A DNA stretch of 64,000 nucleotides, taken from assembly GCA_049679185.1 (NCBI GenBank), contig JBAUFO010000083.1:25958-89957 (forward strand), in the 5' to 3' direction. Source of the DNA: Candidatus Zixiibacteriota bacterium (GTDB lineage: Bacteria; Zixibacteria; MSB-5A5; SM1-73). The notes under the pieces were generated by a model that saw only the letters and a list, made by a program, of their open reading frames with translations, ran no database searches and had not been told where the DNA came from. Every line of letters begins with the position of its first letter. Position 1 is the first letter of the stretch. Positions 46,765 through 55,864 of the stretch are shown here, piece by piece. A program made the position numbers and the translations under genes.

Positions 46765-47421
46765 ATGAAGAAGCTGCTGGAGAAGCTGGGCTTTGGCGGG
46801 GTTCTCAATTCCGGGGAAGAAACTCAGGCGGTGTCCCTGTCCGAAATAAATCCGGTTCCCCTCTTGGGCAGGTTCGACTCAGGTTTCGCCCTGGCTGACT
46901 ACAGCATATCGCAAGGTTCGCGGCGGAAAAGAACTAAGGTGGGTGATCTCTTATACCGGTTCAAATACGAGAGGAGCCCGGACGCTGGCTTGATTCTGGC
47001 TGAATTGGCTTCCGATTTCATAAACAGGCAAAGCTCGTTTAGATCTTCCCACGTAATGCTCACGGTTCCCCCTTCTTTCAAGAGTCGATCTCTCGATCCT
47101 GTTTCCCTCGTGGCGGAGAGGATAGAGGAAAGAACGCAAATTCGCTGGGAACGAGACGCTCTAAGAAGAACCAGGCTCACCAAACCTCAGAAGGCTCTTC
47201 GCGACAGGGCTCTCAAGAAGTTGAACGTGTTCAGCACTTTTCGACCGGCAAAGCCTCTAAACCTCAACGGGAAAAAGGTACTGTTGATCGATGATATATG
47301 TGCTTCCGGGGCCACACTAAACGACATTTCAGATATCCTGAGGGAGGGGAAGGCGGCAGAGATAAACGTCCTGGTTCTGGCAAGAACCCAGTTCTCTGTA
47401 AGGATTGGGTCTTCTAGCTAA
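46765..47421 (+). CDS. comFC: ComF-family phosphoribosyltransferase-like protein (ComFC-like, lacking the N-terminal zinc finger)
   Basis: PRTase motif KKVLLIDDICASGATL at the C-terminus; no Cys pairs in the N-terminus. Adjacent to dprA. Confidence 0.7.
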   Translation: MKKLLEKLGFGGVLNSGEETQAVSLSEINPVPLLGRFDSGFALADYSISQGSRRKRTKVGDLLYRFKYERSPDAGLILAELASDFINRQSSFRSSHVMLTVPPSFKSRSLDPVSLVAERIEERTQIRWERDALRRTRLTKPQKALRDRALKKLNVFSTFRPAKPLNLNGKKVLLIDDICASGATLNDISDILREGKAAEINVLVLARTQFSVRIGSSS

Positions 47422-47672
47422 CGAATAGAAGCTGAAGTTTCATGCCGCAGATTCTGTGATCGCTAAGTGAGATTCGCCTTACACAAAACTAGATTTGGCG
47501 GGCAGGGGTTCTGCCGGACGAAGGCACGGTGCCAGACATCCGGTAGGCGGGGCTTCCAGCCCCGCACAGCAAGGTGGTTCTCCAAGAGGCTCTCTAATTT
47601 ACACTTGATATTTGGGTCCTTTTCCCGTAATTTCAGTCTTGAGGGATTAAGTGGACAAAAGAGAGGTGCAAG

Positions 47673-48539
47673 TTGGACTACAGATCATATGTGATAGCGC
47701 TGAGGGAGAAAGCCAGGGTCGGACCTAAGACCTTTCAACAGCTTCTTCTGAGTTTCGGCTCACCGGAGAACGTATACAAAGCCTCGGCAGAAGAGCTTTC
47801 CTCTTTTCCCCGAATCAGTCCCGAAAAGGCTGAGAAGATTCTTGAGTCCGAGGAGTTATTGCCTGAGATAGAAAAACATCTTCTTTATCTGGAAGAAGAG
47901 GGAATTGGTATCCTGACCATATTAGATGGTGATTATCCCCAACTGCTAAAACAGATCGACGATCCCCCACCTCTTCTCTATTTTAGAGGAGAATTTCCAA
48001 TTCAAAGTATTCAATCTATCGCTGTGGTGGGTGCTCATAACGCAACGGCGGCGGGAATAGAAAAAGCGGTCCAAATCGGGAAAGCCTTAGCCAAAAAGAA
48101 AGTGGTGGTAGTGAGCGGACTTGCGAAGGGAATTGATGCTGCCGCCCATATCGGGGCCGTCAAAGGAGGTGGAAAGACTTACGCCATCTTTGGAGCAGGC
48201 TTGAATAATATTTATCCTTCCGAAAATGTTCCCCTAGCAGAGCAGATATCTAAAAGCGGAGCTTTGATCACGGAGTATGACTTAAATGTGCCGGTCAAGG
48301 TTGGTCGATTGATGGCTCGAAACAGAATCGTGATAGGGTTATCCCAGGCGGTGGTAGTGGTGGAGATGGACGAGAAGAGCCCGGGCACGATGGATGCGGT
48401 CGGCCTTGCCATCAAACAGGGGAGGCCCCTTTTTGTGATGAAAAAGGAGGGCTCCCGGAAGGTGGACGAATTGGTGGCCGGAGGTGCGGTTATCTTAGAG
48501 GGGGTTGAACGTCTGGACTTGGTGACGGATTATCTTTAG
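47673..48539 (+). CDS. dprA: DNA-processing protein A (Smf)
   Basis: Rossmann-like DprA domain: IAVVGAHNATAAGIEKA ... VVVSGLAKGIDAAAH ... ALITEY ... RNRIVIGLSQAVVVVEM. Confidence 0.9.
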   Translation: MDYRSYVIALREKARVGPKTFQQLLLSFGSPENVYKASAEELSSFPRISPEKAEKILESEELLPEIEKHLLYLEEEGIGILTILDGDYPQLLKQIDDPPPLLYFRGEFPIQSIQSIAVVGAHNATAAGIEKAVQIGKALAKKKVVVVSGLAKGIDAAAHIGAVKGGGKTYAIFGAGLNNIYPSENVPLAEQISKSGALITEYDLNVPVKVGRLMARNRIVIGLSQAVVVVEMDEKSPGTMDAVGLAIKQGRPLFVMKKEGSRKVDELVAGGAVILEGVERLDLVTDYL

Positions 48540-48567
48540 GCAGGATCCCTAGTTTCGCCCGATGACC

Positions 48568-48604
48568 GGACGCCCAGACGGGGGCGTCTGCCGTCCCGTC
48601 GGGG
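48568..48604. repeat. REP-like GC palindrome GGACGCCCAGACGGGGGCGTCTGCCGTCCCGTCGGGG
   Basis: Same family as 31521-31560 and 29604-29646; lies between dprA and the next ORF. Confidence 0.75.
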
Positions 48605-48641
48605 AATCGGGCAACTACGTTCAGCGGAGGCTTGGCACTTT

Positions 48642-48923
48642 TTGGAGCTCCGGGACAACCTAAATAGAGCTATGACGAAGTATCTAGATCACGACCAGGC
48701 GGTAAAAAAGCTTCAGAAGCTGGTGGATGAGGTGTGTGAGAAGATAAGACGCGGCAAGCTCACCTTGGGCGAAGCCCGAAAAGAAGCCGCTTTAGTGAGA
48801 CTGAAGGCGGAGAAGTTGATCCCGTTTGAAATGGATAAGTTCGATCTCATCTATGCGCCCAGATTCAACAGATTGATCGATCAGTTCCTGATGCCCAAGC
48901 TGAAGGATGATTCGTCGAAATGA
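48642..48923 (+). CDS. small hypothetical protein (93 aa, helical), translationally coupled to yigZ
   Basis: Stop overlaps the yigZ ATG (aaATGAtc); no recognisable motif. Confidence 0.4.
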   Translation: MELRDNLNRAMTKYLDHDQAVKKLQKLVDEVCEKIRRGKLTLGEARKEAALVRLKAEKLIPFEMDKFDLIYAPRFNRLIDQFLMPKLKDDSSK

Positions 48924-49537
48924 TCTCCAATCCTCCGGATGAATACCTGACTATAAGAAGTTTAGTTCGGGCCAAGACAAAGGTGAAAGGCTCGATATTT
49001 ATTGCCACTGGCATTCCGGTAGATTCGGAGGAAGAGGCCAAGGATTCGATCCAAAAAATCTGCAAGGAGTTTTTCGATGCTACACACAACTGCTTCGCTT
49101 TCCGCATCAAAAGCGCCAATGGCGAGAGCGAAAAACTCAGTGATGCAGGAGAACCCAGGGGCACCGCAGGAATGCCCATACTGTTTGCCATCCAATCGGA
49201 GAATCTCTGCAACGTTCTGGTCGTGGTAACCCGCTACTTCGGGGGAGTGAAGCTCGGAACCGGAGGACTCTCTCGTGCCTATCGGCAGAGCGCTCAGAGT
49301 GTGCTGCAAAAGGCTGAGAAGGTCACCAGGTGGATCACGTCAGAGTTGGCCCTGTCGTATCCTCCGAACACTACCGGTAAGGTAAATCAGATCTTCGCCA
49401 AGTACGGCATCCTGGTTAAGGATCAGGGTTATGAGGATAGTCCAACCGCGAGAGTTGAGGTAAGAACGAGCCTGTTAGATAAAGTGAAGAAAGCTCTTGT
49501 TGAGGTCACCAATGGCCAGGTCAAGTTCAAATCGTAA
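48920..49537 (+). CDS. yigZ: IMPACT/YigZ family (UPF0029) protein
   Basis: FFDATHNCFAFRI ... GEPRGTAGMPIL ... VVVTRYFGGVKLGTGGL, the signature of the YigZ N-domain. Confidence 0.85.
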   Translation: MISNPPDEYLTIRSLVRAKTKVKGSIFIATGIPVDSEEEAKDSIQKICKEFFDATHNCFAFRIKSANGESEKLSDAGEPRGTAGMPILFAIQSENLCNVLVVVTRYFGGVKLGTGGLSRAYRQSAQSVLQKAEKVTRWITSELALSYPPNTTGKVNQIFAKYGILVKDQGYEDSPTARVEVRTSLLDKVKKALVEVTNGQVKFKS

Positions 49538-49538
49538 A

Positions 49539-50441
49539 ATGAAGTATGATTGCCTCGGTCTGGGCGTAAATGCAGTGGACTACCTCTGCATCCTGGATCC
49601 GTATCCTCATCTTGACGACAAGGTGGACGTGAAAAGATCTTCGATCCAGGGTGGCGGCCCTGTGCCCACCGCAATGGTGACTCTGGCAAAGCTGGGAGCT
49701 AAGGTTTGTTACGTTGGCAAGGTGGGAGATGACCCGGAGGGCGAATTCGTGGGGTCTCAGCTTGAAAAAGAGGCAGTGGATACCCGGTATCTGGTGGTGG
49801 ACAAAAAAGTGAAGACGTCCAGAGCTTTTGTCTGGGTGGATAAAGGATCAGGAAAAAGGACAGTAGCCTTAGACCGGCACAAGAAGAATCACCTCAGGAG
49901 AGGTGAACTGAGGTTTCTGAATTCAGTTTCGACTCGATTCGTGCACCTTGACGCCCGTGAGCCCGAAATCAACATATCGGTGGCTCGATGGGCAAGAGAG
50001 CAGAATGCGGAAGTATGTCTGGATGTGGGAAGCCTGAGAGATGGGGTGGAGGAGGTCTTTCCGTTCGTCGACCATTTAATCGTATCGAAAAGGTTTGCCT
50101 GTGGATTTGTCAAAACCTCCGATCCTTTCGAGGCATGCCGGACATTGATGGATAAGAAATTCAAAACCGTAGTGGTGACCGTGGGCGAGGAGGGGTGTAT
50201 ATGCGGGGCGGACGGTAAGTTTTTTCATTCACCCGGTTTTCGGGTGAAAGTGGTCGATACCACCGGTGCGGGAGACGTTTTTCATGGCGCTTTTATTTAC
50301 GGGCTTCTCAAGAAATGGTCTTTAAGAAGAATTGCAGGTTTTGCCAATGCCTGCGCGGCCATGAAATGCCGGAAGCTGGGAGGGAGAGCAGGAATACCAA
50401 CACTGAGGGAAGTTGAGGGCTTCATAAGTAACTTTAGCTGA
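49539..50441 (+). CDS. PfkB-family carbohydrate kinase (ribokinase-like)
   Basis: MKYDCLGLGVNAVDY N-terminus, VVDTTGAGDVFHGAFIYGLL anion-hole motif. Start placed at the ATG at 49539; the ORF opens at 49497. Confidence 0.8.
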   Translation: MKYDCLGLGVNAVDYLCILDPYPHLDDKVDVKRSSIQGGGPVPTAMVTLAKLGAKVCYVGKVGDDPEGEFVGSQLEKEAVDTRYLVVDKKVKTSRAFVWVDKGSGKRTVALDRHKKNHLRRGELRFLNSVSTRFVHLDAREPEINISVARWAREQNAEVCLDVGSLRDGVEEVFPFVDHLIVSKRFACGFVKTSDPFEACRTLMDKKFKTVVVTVGEEGCICGADGKFFHSPGFRVKVVDTTGAGDVFHGAFIYGLLKKWSLRRIAGFANACAAMKCRKLGGRAGIPTLREVEGFISNFS

Positions 50442-50469
50442 GAATTGTAACCATAAACAGGGGAGAGGA

Positions 50470-51111
50470 TTGGCGGCCCCTGCGCAACGAAAGGATTTTA
50501 TGTTCTGCTCAGTACTGGAAACGGTCCTTGAGTTTGACGCCTACCTGTTCTTTCTTCTCAATTACAAGGCTCAGAATGTCGTCCTCGACTTATTAATGCC
50601 CATTCTGACTAATCTGGACTACTGGCGCGTCCCCATAGCCCTACTGGCTATTGCGCTCCTCGTCTTCGGAAGAAAGAGAGGGCGAATAGCCGTCCTGCTT
50701 CTGATCTTGGGAATCACCTTGAGCGATCAGGTCTGTAACAATCTGCTTAAGCCGCTGGTGGGAAGAGTAAGGCCCTGCCATGTGCTGGACAACGTTCACC
50801 TGCTGATCAACTGCACTCATTCCTTCTCTTTTCCTTCCTCCCACGCGACCAATATCTTCACGGGAATGATCATCTTCTCCTTCGTTTACCCCAGGCTGAG
50901 GATCGGCCTACTCATTATCGCAGCGCTGGTGGCATACTCTCGGGTGTATGTGGGAGTGCATTATCCCTTTGACATAGTGGCGGGAACCGCTCTGGGCGTT
51001 GCCTGTGCAATTACCATAATAACCATCTACAAGATACTATCACGAGTACTTCCGGGGATCCTGTATGCAGAAGAGACTGGGAAAAATCGAAATCAAGCTC
51101 ATTCAGGGTGA
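50470..51111 (+). CDS. PAP2-family membrane phosphatase (undecaprenyl-diphosphatase / PgpB-like)
   Basis: PAP2 motifs KPLVGRVRP, PSSHATN, SRVYVGVHYPFDIVAG. Confidence 0.85.
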   Translation: MAAPAQRKDFMFCSVLETVLEFDAYLFFLLNYKAQNVVLDLLMPILTNLDYWRVPIALLAIALLVFGRKRGRIAVLLLILGITLSDQVCNNLLKPLVGRVRPCHVLDNVHLLINCTHSFSFPSSHATNIFTGMIIFSFVYPRLRIGLLIIAALVAYSRVYVGVHYPFDIVAGTALGVACAITIITIYKILSRVLPGILYAEETGKNRNQAHSG

Positions 51112-51577
51112 TATCACGGAGCAGGAATTCGATGCCATCGTGAACGCGGCCAACAACCATCTGTGGATGGGAGTCGGCGTGGCTGGAGCTATCAAGAGAA
51201 AAGGCGGGGTTGAGATTGAACAAGAAGCGATGAGCAAGGGGCCAATTCCTGTCGGCGAAGCAGTGGTGACGGGGGCGGGAAGCCTGAAAGCGAAGTACGT
51301 GATTCACGCTGCGGTCATGGGGCAGGACTTGAAGACGAGTGAAGAACATATAAGAAATGGCACACTCAACGCCCTGAAAAGAGCGGAGGAGCTGAAGATC
51401 AAATCGATAGCTTTTCCCGCCTTCGGCACCGGCGTGGGAGGCTTCCCGGCTGACGAGTGCGCCCGGATAATGTTCAACGCAGTCAAGGATTTCTCACAAG
51501 AGGCAGAATTCGTGGAAGAAGTCCGATTCGTCCTTTTTGACAAGGCAAGCTATGATGTTTGGAGTGTCCGGCTTTAG
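51065..51577 (+). CDS. macro-domain protein (O-acetyl-ADP-ribose deacetylase, YmdB-like)
   Basis: IKLIQGDITEQEFDAIVNAANNHL ... GAGSLKAKYVIHAAV ... IAFPAFGTGVGGFP. Confidence 0.9.
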   Translation: MQKRLGKIEIKLIQGDITEQEFDAIVNAANNHLWMGVGVAGAIKRKGGVEIEQEAMSKGPIPVGEAVVTGAGSLKAKYVIHAAVMGQDLKTSEEHIRNGTLNALKRAEELKIKSIAFPAFGTGVGGFPADECARIMFNAVKDFSQEAEFVEEVRFVLFDKASYDVWSVRL

Positions 51578-51740
51578 CCGAACTGGGGAGGTTTTGGAGT
51601 GCGAAAGCTTGTTGGAACGAAGTGGAAATTCCGCTTTGCGGGGCTTTCGCGGTTTTGTCTTGGCATAAAATCGCGCCAGCAAGCAGGTGTCCTTTCTCTT
51701 TTTAGCCTCGAATTCGTAGGGACAGGGCTTGTTGAACTTG

Positions 51741-51763
51741 CGAAATCCCGCCGTGGCGGGGTC
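51741..51763. repeat. GC hairpin motif CGAAATCCCGCCGTGGCGGGGTC (copy of 10801-10825) inside a 380-nt hairpin-dense intergenic region
   Basis: Nested in GGACAGGG...CCCTGTCC and CGTAGGGA...TCCCTACG stems. Further downstream: GCAGGGCTGAATGCCCTGC and AGCGGCGGGAATTCATCCCGCCGCT hairpins. Confidence 0.7.
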
Positions 51764-51963
51764 CCTGTCCGAAGATCAAAACGGACAGCCACAAGGGCTA
51801 TCCCTACGTCGTACATACTCCTTGGTCAGGGCTGAATTCGCAGGGCTGAATGCCCTGCTCTATGTGTGTCTGATTGTGCAGATGAAGGAAAGCAGGACTA
51901 TCCGAAGCCATAGCGGCGGGAATTCATCCCGCCGCTAAGTCCTTCGATGGTTCCCGTTACCGA

Positions 51964-53358
51964 TTACATCGGATCCCACGGGGGGAGGACGATCGGGTCG
52001 GTTTTCAGAATGCCCAATACGTGCTTAGGCAAGTGTTTCTTGTGGATTATCACCTTGTAGATGTATTCATCGAACCACTCATCATACATAGTCCAGTAGC
52101 CCTTGTCGCCTTTCTCGTCGCCCCAGCTATTCTCCACTAACCACTTGGTCGGTCTCCCTCCCAGTGTATCCACGCCCACGAACGCCATGGCATGTGTGGA
52201 ATGGCTCTCCCGATAGCGAAATTTATCTGCTTTAGTCATAGAGAAGTCCATTCCGTAGAAAGTTTCGTAGTCGTGGATATCCGGTGCCAGGATGCCGTAT
52301 TCGGTGTTGGCCTCTTTGCCCACGTCACAGGTAAAATATACCGGCTGGTCGTCGAGCAACTGCTTCAGGGCGAACTGTCTCATCTGTTCGGTATCTAAGT
52401 TAATGAAAACGTTGTCCGGTCGATCATAGATGTTTCGGGCAAAGCGCATTTGGTAGAGCTTATTATAAGGGCGCACCGCGTGATTGTAGATGGGGACGTA
52501 GTCTCTGAGATCGATGTCCACCACCTCCTTGAAGAAGCTCCGGGGCGTGTAAGTTTTGACCTCGCTCAGCACTGAATCTTTGCTTTCGTATCGCCACTGG
52601 AACTCTTCGGGAGGCACTCCGAAGTTGAGCACCAGCATTCGGTAGACCTCTTTGAGCATGTCCACTTTGTTTTCTCTTAATTCACTAACGCTGGCCCCGT
52701 TCTGGCTCATCTCCCTAAAAAGTGCTGCATCCTTTCGGAGTTTGCAGCTGATAAGCCGATCCATCATCTTTGTATTGCTGGTCTGCTCGCTCTCCGGCAT
52801 TACGCTCTTGGGAACAACCCCATATTTCTCAATCAACTCCACAACATATATCCATAGACCACCGTCCGAAAAAGGACTCTGGAGTATCATGGTAAGCTCT
52901 CTATCCAGAGGATCACGGTCGCGGGTCTCGATGATGAGCTCTAAGAAGGTATTAGCCTTTTCAAACTTGTCCCAGAAGAAGAGATAGCTCTGGGAGAACT
53001 CGAATTCCTTCAACTCGTATTCTTCGATCACCTTGGGACGCATGATATTCAGTCCGGCAAATAACCAGCACCTGCCGCTGCTCTTCTGATTGGTGATTCC
53101 CTTGGTTTTGATCTTATGGCTGAAGAGATTGTCGTGAGCCACGTACTTATCCCTGTTCAGTGCCAGCTTCTTGATGTCGTTATTGGTTAGGGCGTTCATC
53201 AGGGCGCGGGTGGGAGTATCCATCTTAAAGGATTGGCGAACCTCCTGGATGACCTCTGAAGTGAGCCCGCCCTCGACCGGCTCTGAGTAGCCCACACTGG
53301 AGGCAGCTGTGAGTAAAATCAGCAATGGAATGCCGAAGATTCTTGATGTCCTCATCAC
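51964..53358 (-). CDS. pepC: aminopeptidase C / bleomycin hydrolase (peptidase family C1B), secreted
   Basis: Signal peptide; active-site QKSSGRCWLFAG (Cys), HAMAFVGVD (His), ENSWG (Asn); length 464 aa typical of C1B. Confidence 0.9.
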   Translation of the reverse strand: MMRTSRIFGIPLLILLTAASSVGYSEPVEGGLTSEVIQEVRQSFKMDTPTRALMNALTNNDIKKLALNRDKYVAHDNLFSHKIKTKGITNQKSSGRCWLFAGLNIMRPKVIEEYELKEFEFSQSYLFFWDKFEKANTFLELIIETRDRDPLDRELTMILQSPFSDGGLWIYVVELIEKYGVVPKSVMPESEQTSNTKMMDRLISCKLRKDAALFREMSQNGASVSELRENKVDMLKEVYRMLVLNFGVPPEEFQWRYESKDSVLSEVKTYTPRSFFKEVVDIDLRDYVPIYNHAVRPYNKLYQMRFARNIYDRPDNVFINLDTEQMRQFALKQLLDDQPVYFTCDVGKEANTEYGILAPDIHDYETFYGMDFSMTKADKFRYRESHSTHAMAFVGVDTLGGRPTKWLVENSWGDEKGDKGYWTMYDEWFDEYIYKVIIHKKHLPKHVLGILKTDPIVLPPWDPM

Positions 53359-53664
53359 TTCACTCCTTTGTTTAAATGGTTTGATCTTCAGGGTGTGATG
53401 GTTTGTTTACATTCGCTTTATCTCGGCCTATTCTGAAAACGAGCGCCGCCAGACTGGAGAGCCTCTGCGTGATCGTCAACGCAGCGTTGAGTACCTCCGT
53501 GCCGCTAAAATACTATCTTTTGGTCTGGTACGCAATAGGAAGAATCGCGGTCTTACGGAAAAACTCGTCCATGTCCGGGATGTCCCGGTACAGCAGACCG
53601 TAGCTTGGCTGTGTTGAACTCAGAGGAGAGAATTTTCGCAGAGGTTACTTCTCTAATAAAATCC

Positions 53665-55677
53665 TTAGTCCGGAGATTTCTGTGGAGTCATCATTTCGAT
53701 GCTGAGTTGCAGAAGCGAGCGTTCCTTAGTCTGAAGACGTCTTACCACATCCGGCAATTCTGAGGACAGATCGTGTTTCTGCTGCGGATCGCGGCGAATA
53801 TCGTATAGTGTGGAGTTCACGCCAAAACGTTCGACCAGATAGTAGGGTTCCTCCAACCACCCGATCAGACTTCCGTCCAGCATCATGGCAAAACCCTTAT
53901 CATCCGCAGGGAGCGAAAGGACGTCTCGTCCCCAGGATTCGTGGAAGACGGGCTTTCCCAAAAGACCCAGTATGGTAGGAACAAGGTCGGTCTGGCTGGC
54001 CACGGTGGAGACCCTTCTTCCTGAAGCGCCCAAGATATTGGGCGCATATATCAAACAGGCGATATGGAATCGGTCCCAGGGGAGCTGACCTTGTGAGTCC
54101 AACAGCTTGCCGTGATCCGCCACCATAACGAATATGGTGTTTTGGAAATAGGGTTGCTTTTCCGCTTGGCGAAAGAACTCACCCAAAGACCAATCGGAGT
54201 AGTGGAAAGCATTCAGATACTCCGAGCGGGGGACGTCCTGCCCGAAGACCTTGAAATCGGGGGAAGGCAGAAGAAAAGGCTCATGGTTGCTTAAGGTAAG
54301 GATGATTCCCAAAAAGGGACCGTCACCAAATTCCACAAACTCCCGGTTTGCTCTCTCGAAGACGGCGTGATCGGGCACACCCCACTTGCCCAACCTGTCC
54401 CCGGAAGGAAAATTCTTTTCCCCGACAAACTCTTCAACGCCCTGGTCCCTGAGGAAGCCTTCCATATTGTCGAACTGCAGGTCGCCGCCGTAGACTAAAA
54501 TGGATCGGTAGTCTCGTTTCTTTAGAATCTCGGCGATGGAGCTGAAAGGACGGCTGGCTGCATACTGCTTCATGACGGAACGATAAGGCTGTGACGGAAA
54601 GGAGCAGAGGATTGATACCAGACCCCGGTTGGTGCGGGTGCCAGTGGCAAAAAATCGTTCAAGCAGAATGCCATCCCGGGCCAGGCTGTCGAAGTTGGGA
54701 GTTACGCCGCTCTGTCCGCCTAACGTGCCAACATAACCTGCCAGCCAGCTTTCGAGCAGAATTATGACTACGTTATGATCCTTTGCCCGTTCAGGGTCGG
54801 TTTCCGGGTGATACCAGCGAGCCAGAGAAGCCGAGGGATCAACGAGTTTCTCCTTCGGATTGGCCAGCAGATCCTGGACAGAGGAGAGGGCTTCTCCCGT
54901 GGCGAAGAAACGAAACCTACCAAGGCACTCACCGCTCTTGTGGCGGTAGTCGTCCCAATACGACCTGCTGAGCGTGTAGGGTCCGTTAAGAGCCAACTGG
55001 TTGGCGAAGCCGTAGGGACTGAAATAGGCCAGTCCCCAGTTCATGGGCGCAAGCTGCCATCGCCCGCGAGCGACCAAGAAAAGAAGTGCCAGAATCACCA
55101 GGAAGTAAATGCAACGAACGCTGATTCTTTCCTTTTGCCTTCGGCTGAAGATCCTGCCACTGATGCGGATCACAAGAAAGGCGAATACAAAGGTGAGTGC
55201 CCCCAACAGAATGAAGTAGACGTCAACCGGATAACCGGACCATACCGTGTACCAGACCATGTCCGGCTGATCCAAGTATTCCAGCGCCCAGTGGTTCAAG
55301 CGCGAGCCGAATTCGCCAAAGTACTCGATGTCCACCAAGCTCAGGAGGAAAAGCAAGCTAAAACAGATGACCAGGATCGTCAGGACTATGACCCGGGCTG
55401 GCTTCAGGCGGTCCATGCTGATCAAGGGTAGATGACTAAGGATGAACAGTGGAATAAGAATCCAGCTTATCACCACCGCGTCAAATCGCGCCCCGACAAT
55501 GAAGGAATAAAGAAGAGTGGGCAGCGGAGTGTCGGAGGCAAGGCTCCGATGCTTAAGCAGAAACCCAAGGCGCAACAGGGTCAGACAGACCGCTGACGCT
55601 GCGAACACAGCCGCAAAGAATAAGACGATCCGGGGAGGGAAGATGAGGTTGAGAATCCGACGAATCCGCTCGCTCAT
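53665..55677 (-). CDS. LTA-synthase/sulfatase-family membrane protein (LtaS/MdoB-like phosphoglycerol or phospho-alcohol transferase)
   Basis: Five N-terminal TM helices then an alkaline-phosphatase-superfamily domain (NVVIILLESW..., MVADHG). Confidence 0.75.
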   Translation of the reverse strand: MSERIRRILNLIFPPRIVLFFAAVFAASAVCLTLLRLGFLLKHRSLASDTPLPTLLYSFIVGARFDAVVISWILIPLFILSHLPLISMDRLKPARVIVLTILVICFSLLFLLSLVDIEYFGEFGSRLNHWALEYLDQPDMVWYTVWSGYPVDVYFILLGALTFVFAFLVIRISGRIFSRRQKERISVRCIYFLVILALLFLVARGRWQLAPMNWGLAYFSPYGFANQLALNGPYTLSRSYWDDYRHKSGECLGRFRFFATGEALSSVQDLLANPKEKLVDPSASLARWYHPETDPERAKDHNVVIILLESWLAGYVGTLGGQSGVTPNFDSLARDGILLERFFATGTRTNRGLVSILCSFPSQPYRSVMKQYAASRPFSSIAEILKKRDYRSILVYGGDLQFDNMEGFLRDQGVEEFVGEKNFPSGDRLGKWGVPDHAVFERANREFVEFGDGPFLGIILTLSNHEPFLLPSPDFKVFGQDVPRSEYLNAFHYSDWSLGEFFRQAEKQPYFQNTIFVMVADHGKLLDSQGQLPWDRFHIACLIYAPNILGASGRRVSTVASQTDLVPTILGLLGKPVFHESWGRDVLSLPADDKGFAMMLDGSLIGWLEEPYYLVERFGVNSTLYDIRRDPQQKHDLSSELPDVVRRLQTKERSLLQLSIEMMTPQKSPD

Positions 55678-55756
55678 ATCGCACTTCTTCGAACGCCGAG
55701 GATCAATCCCTGCAGGAGGAACCTATCAATCGACAGGGAATTGTACGCGAGGAATT

Positions 55757-55864
55757 TCACTTTTTCTCAAGCCTCTTGATCTTCGCGTCCAGCCTCAGAA
55801 GGTAGAGAAACACCCCGATCCAAATGACCAGGGTCACGATCATGACCACGCAGTTTGAGGTCAT
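55757..55864 (-). CDS. ccmD: heme exporter protein D (small single-TM protein), absent from the ORF track
   Basis: 35-aa ORF MTSNCVVMIVTLVIWIGVFLYLLRLDAKIKRLEKK. Its ATG overlaps the ccmC stop (ATGA). One TM helix plus a basic tail, as in CcmD. Confidence 0.6.
   Translation of the reverse strand: MTSNCVVMIVTLVIWIGVFLYLLRLDAKIKRLEKK

Noticed and set aside
54775-55431. 218-aa + strand ORF
   Set aside because: Antisense within the LtaS-like sulfatase gene.
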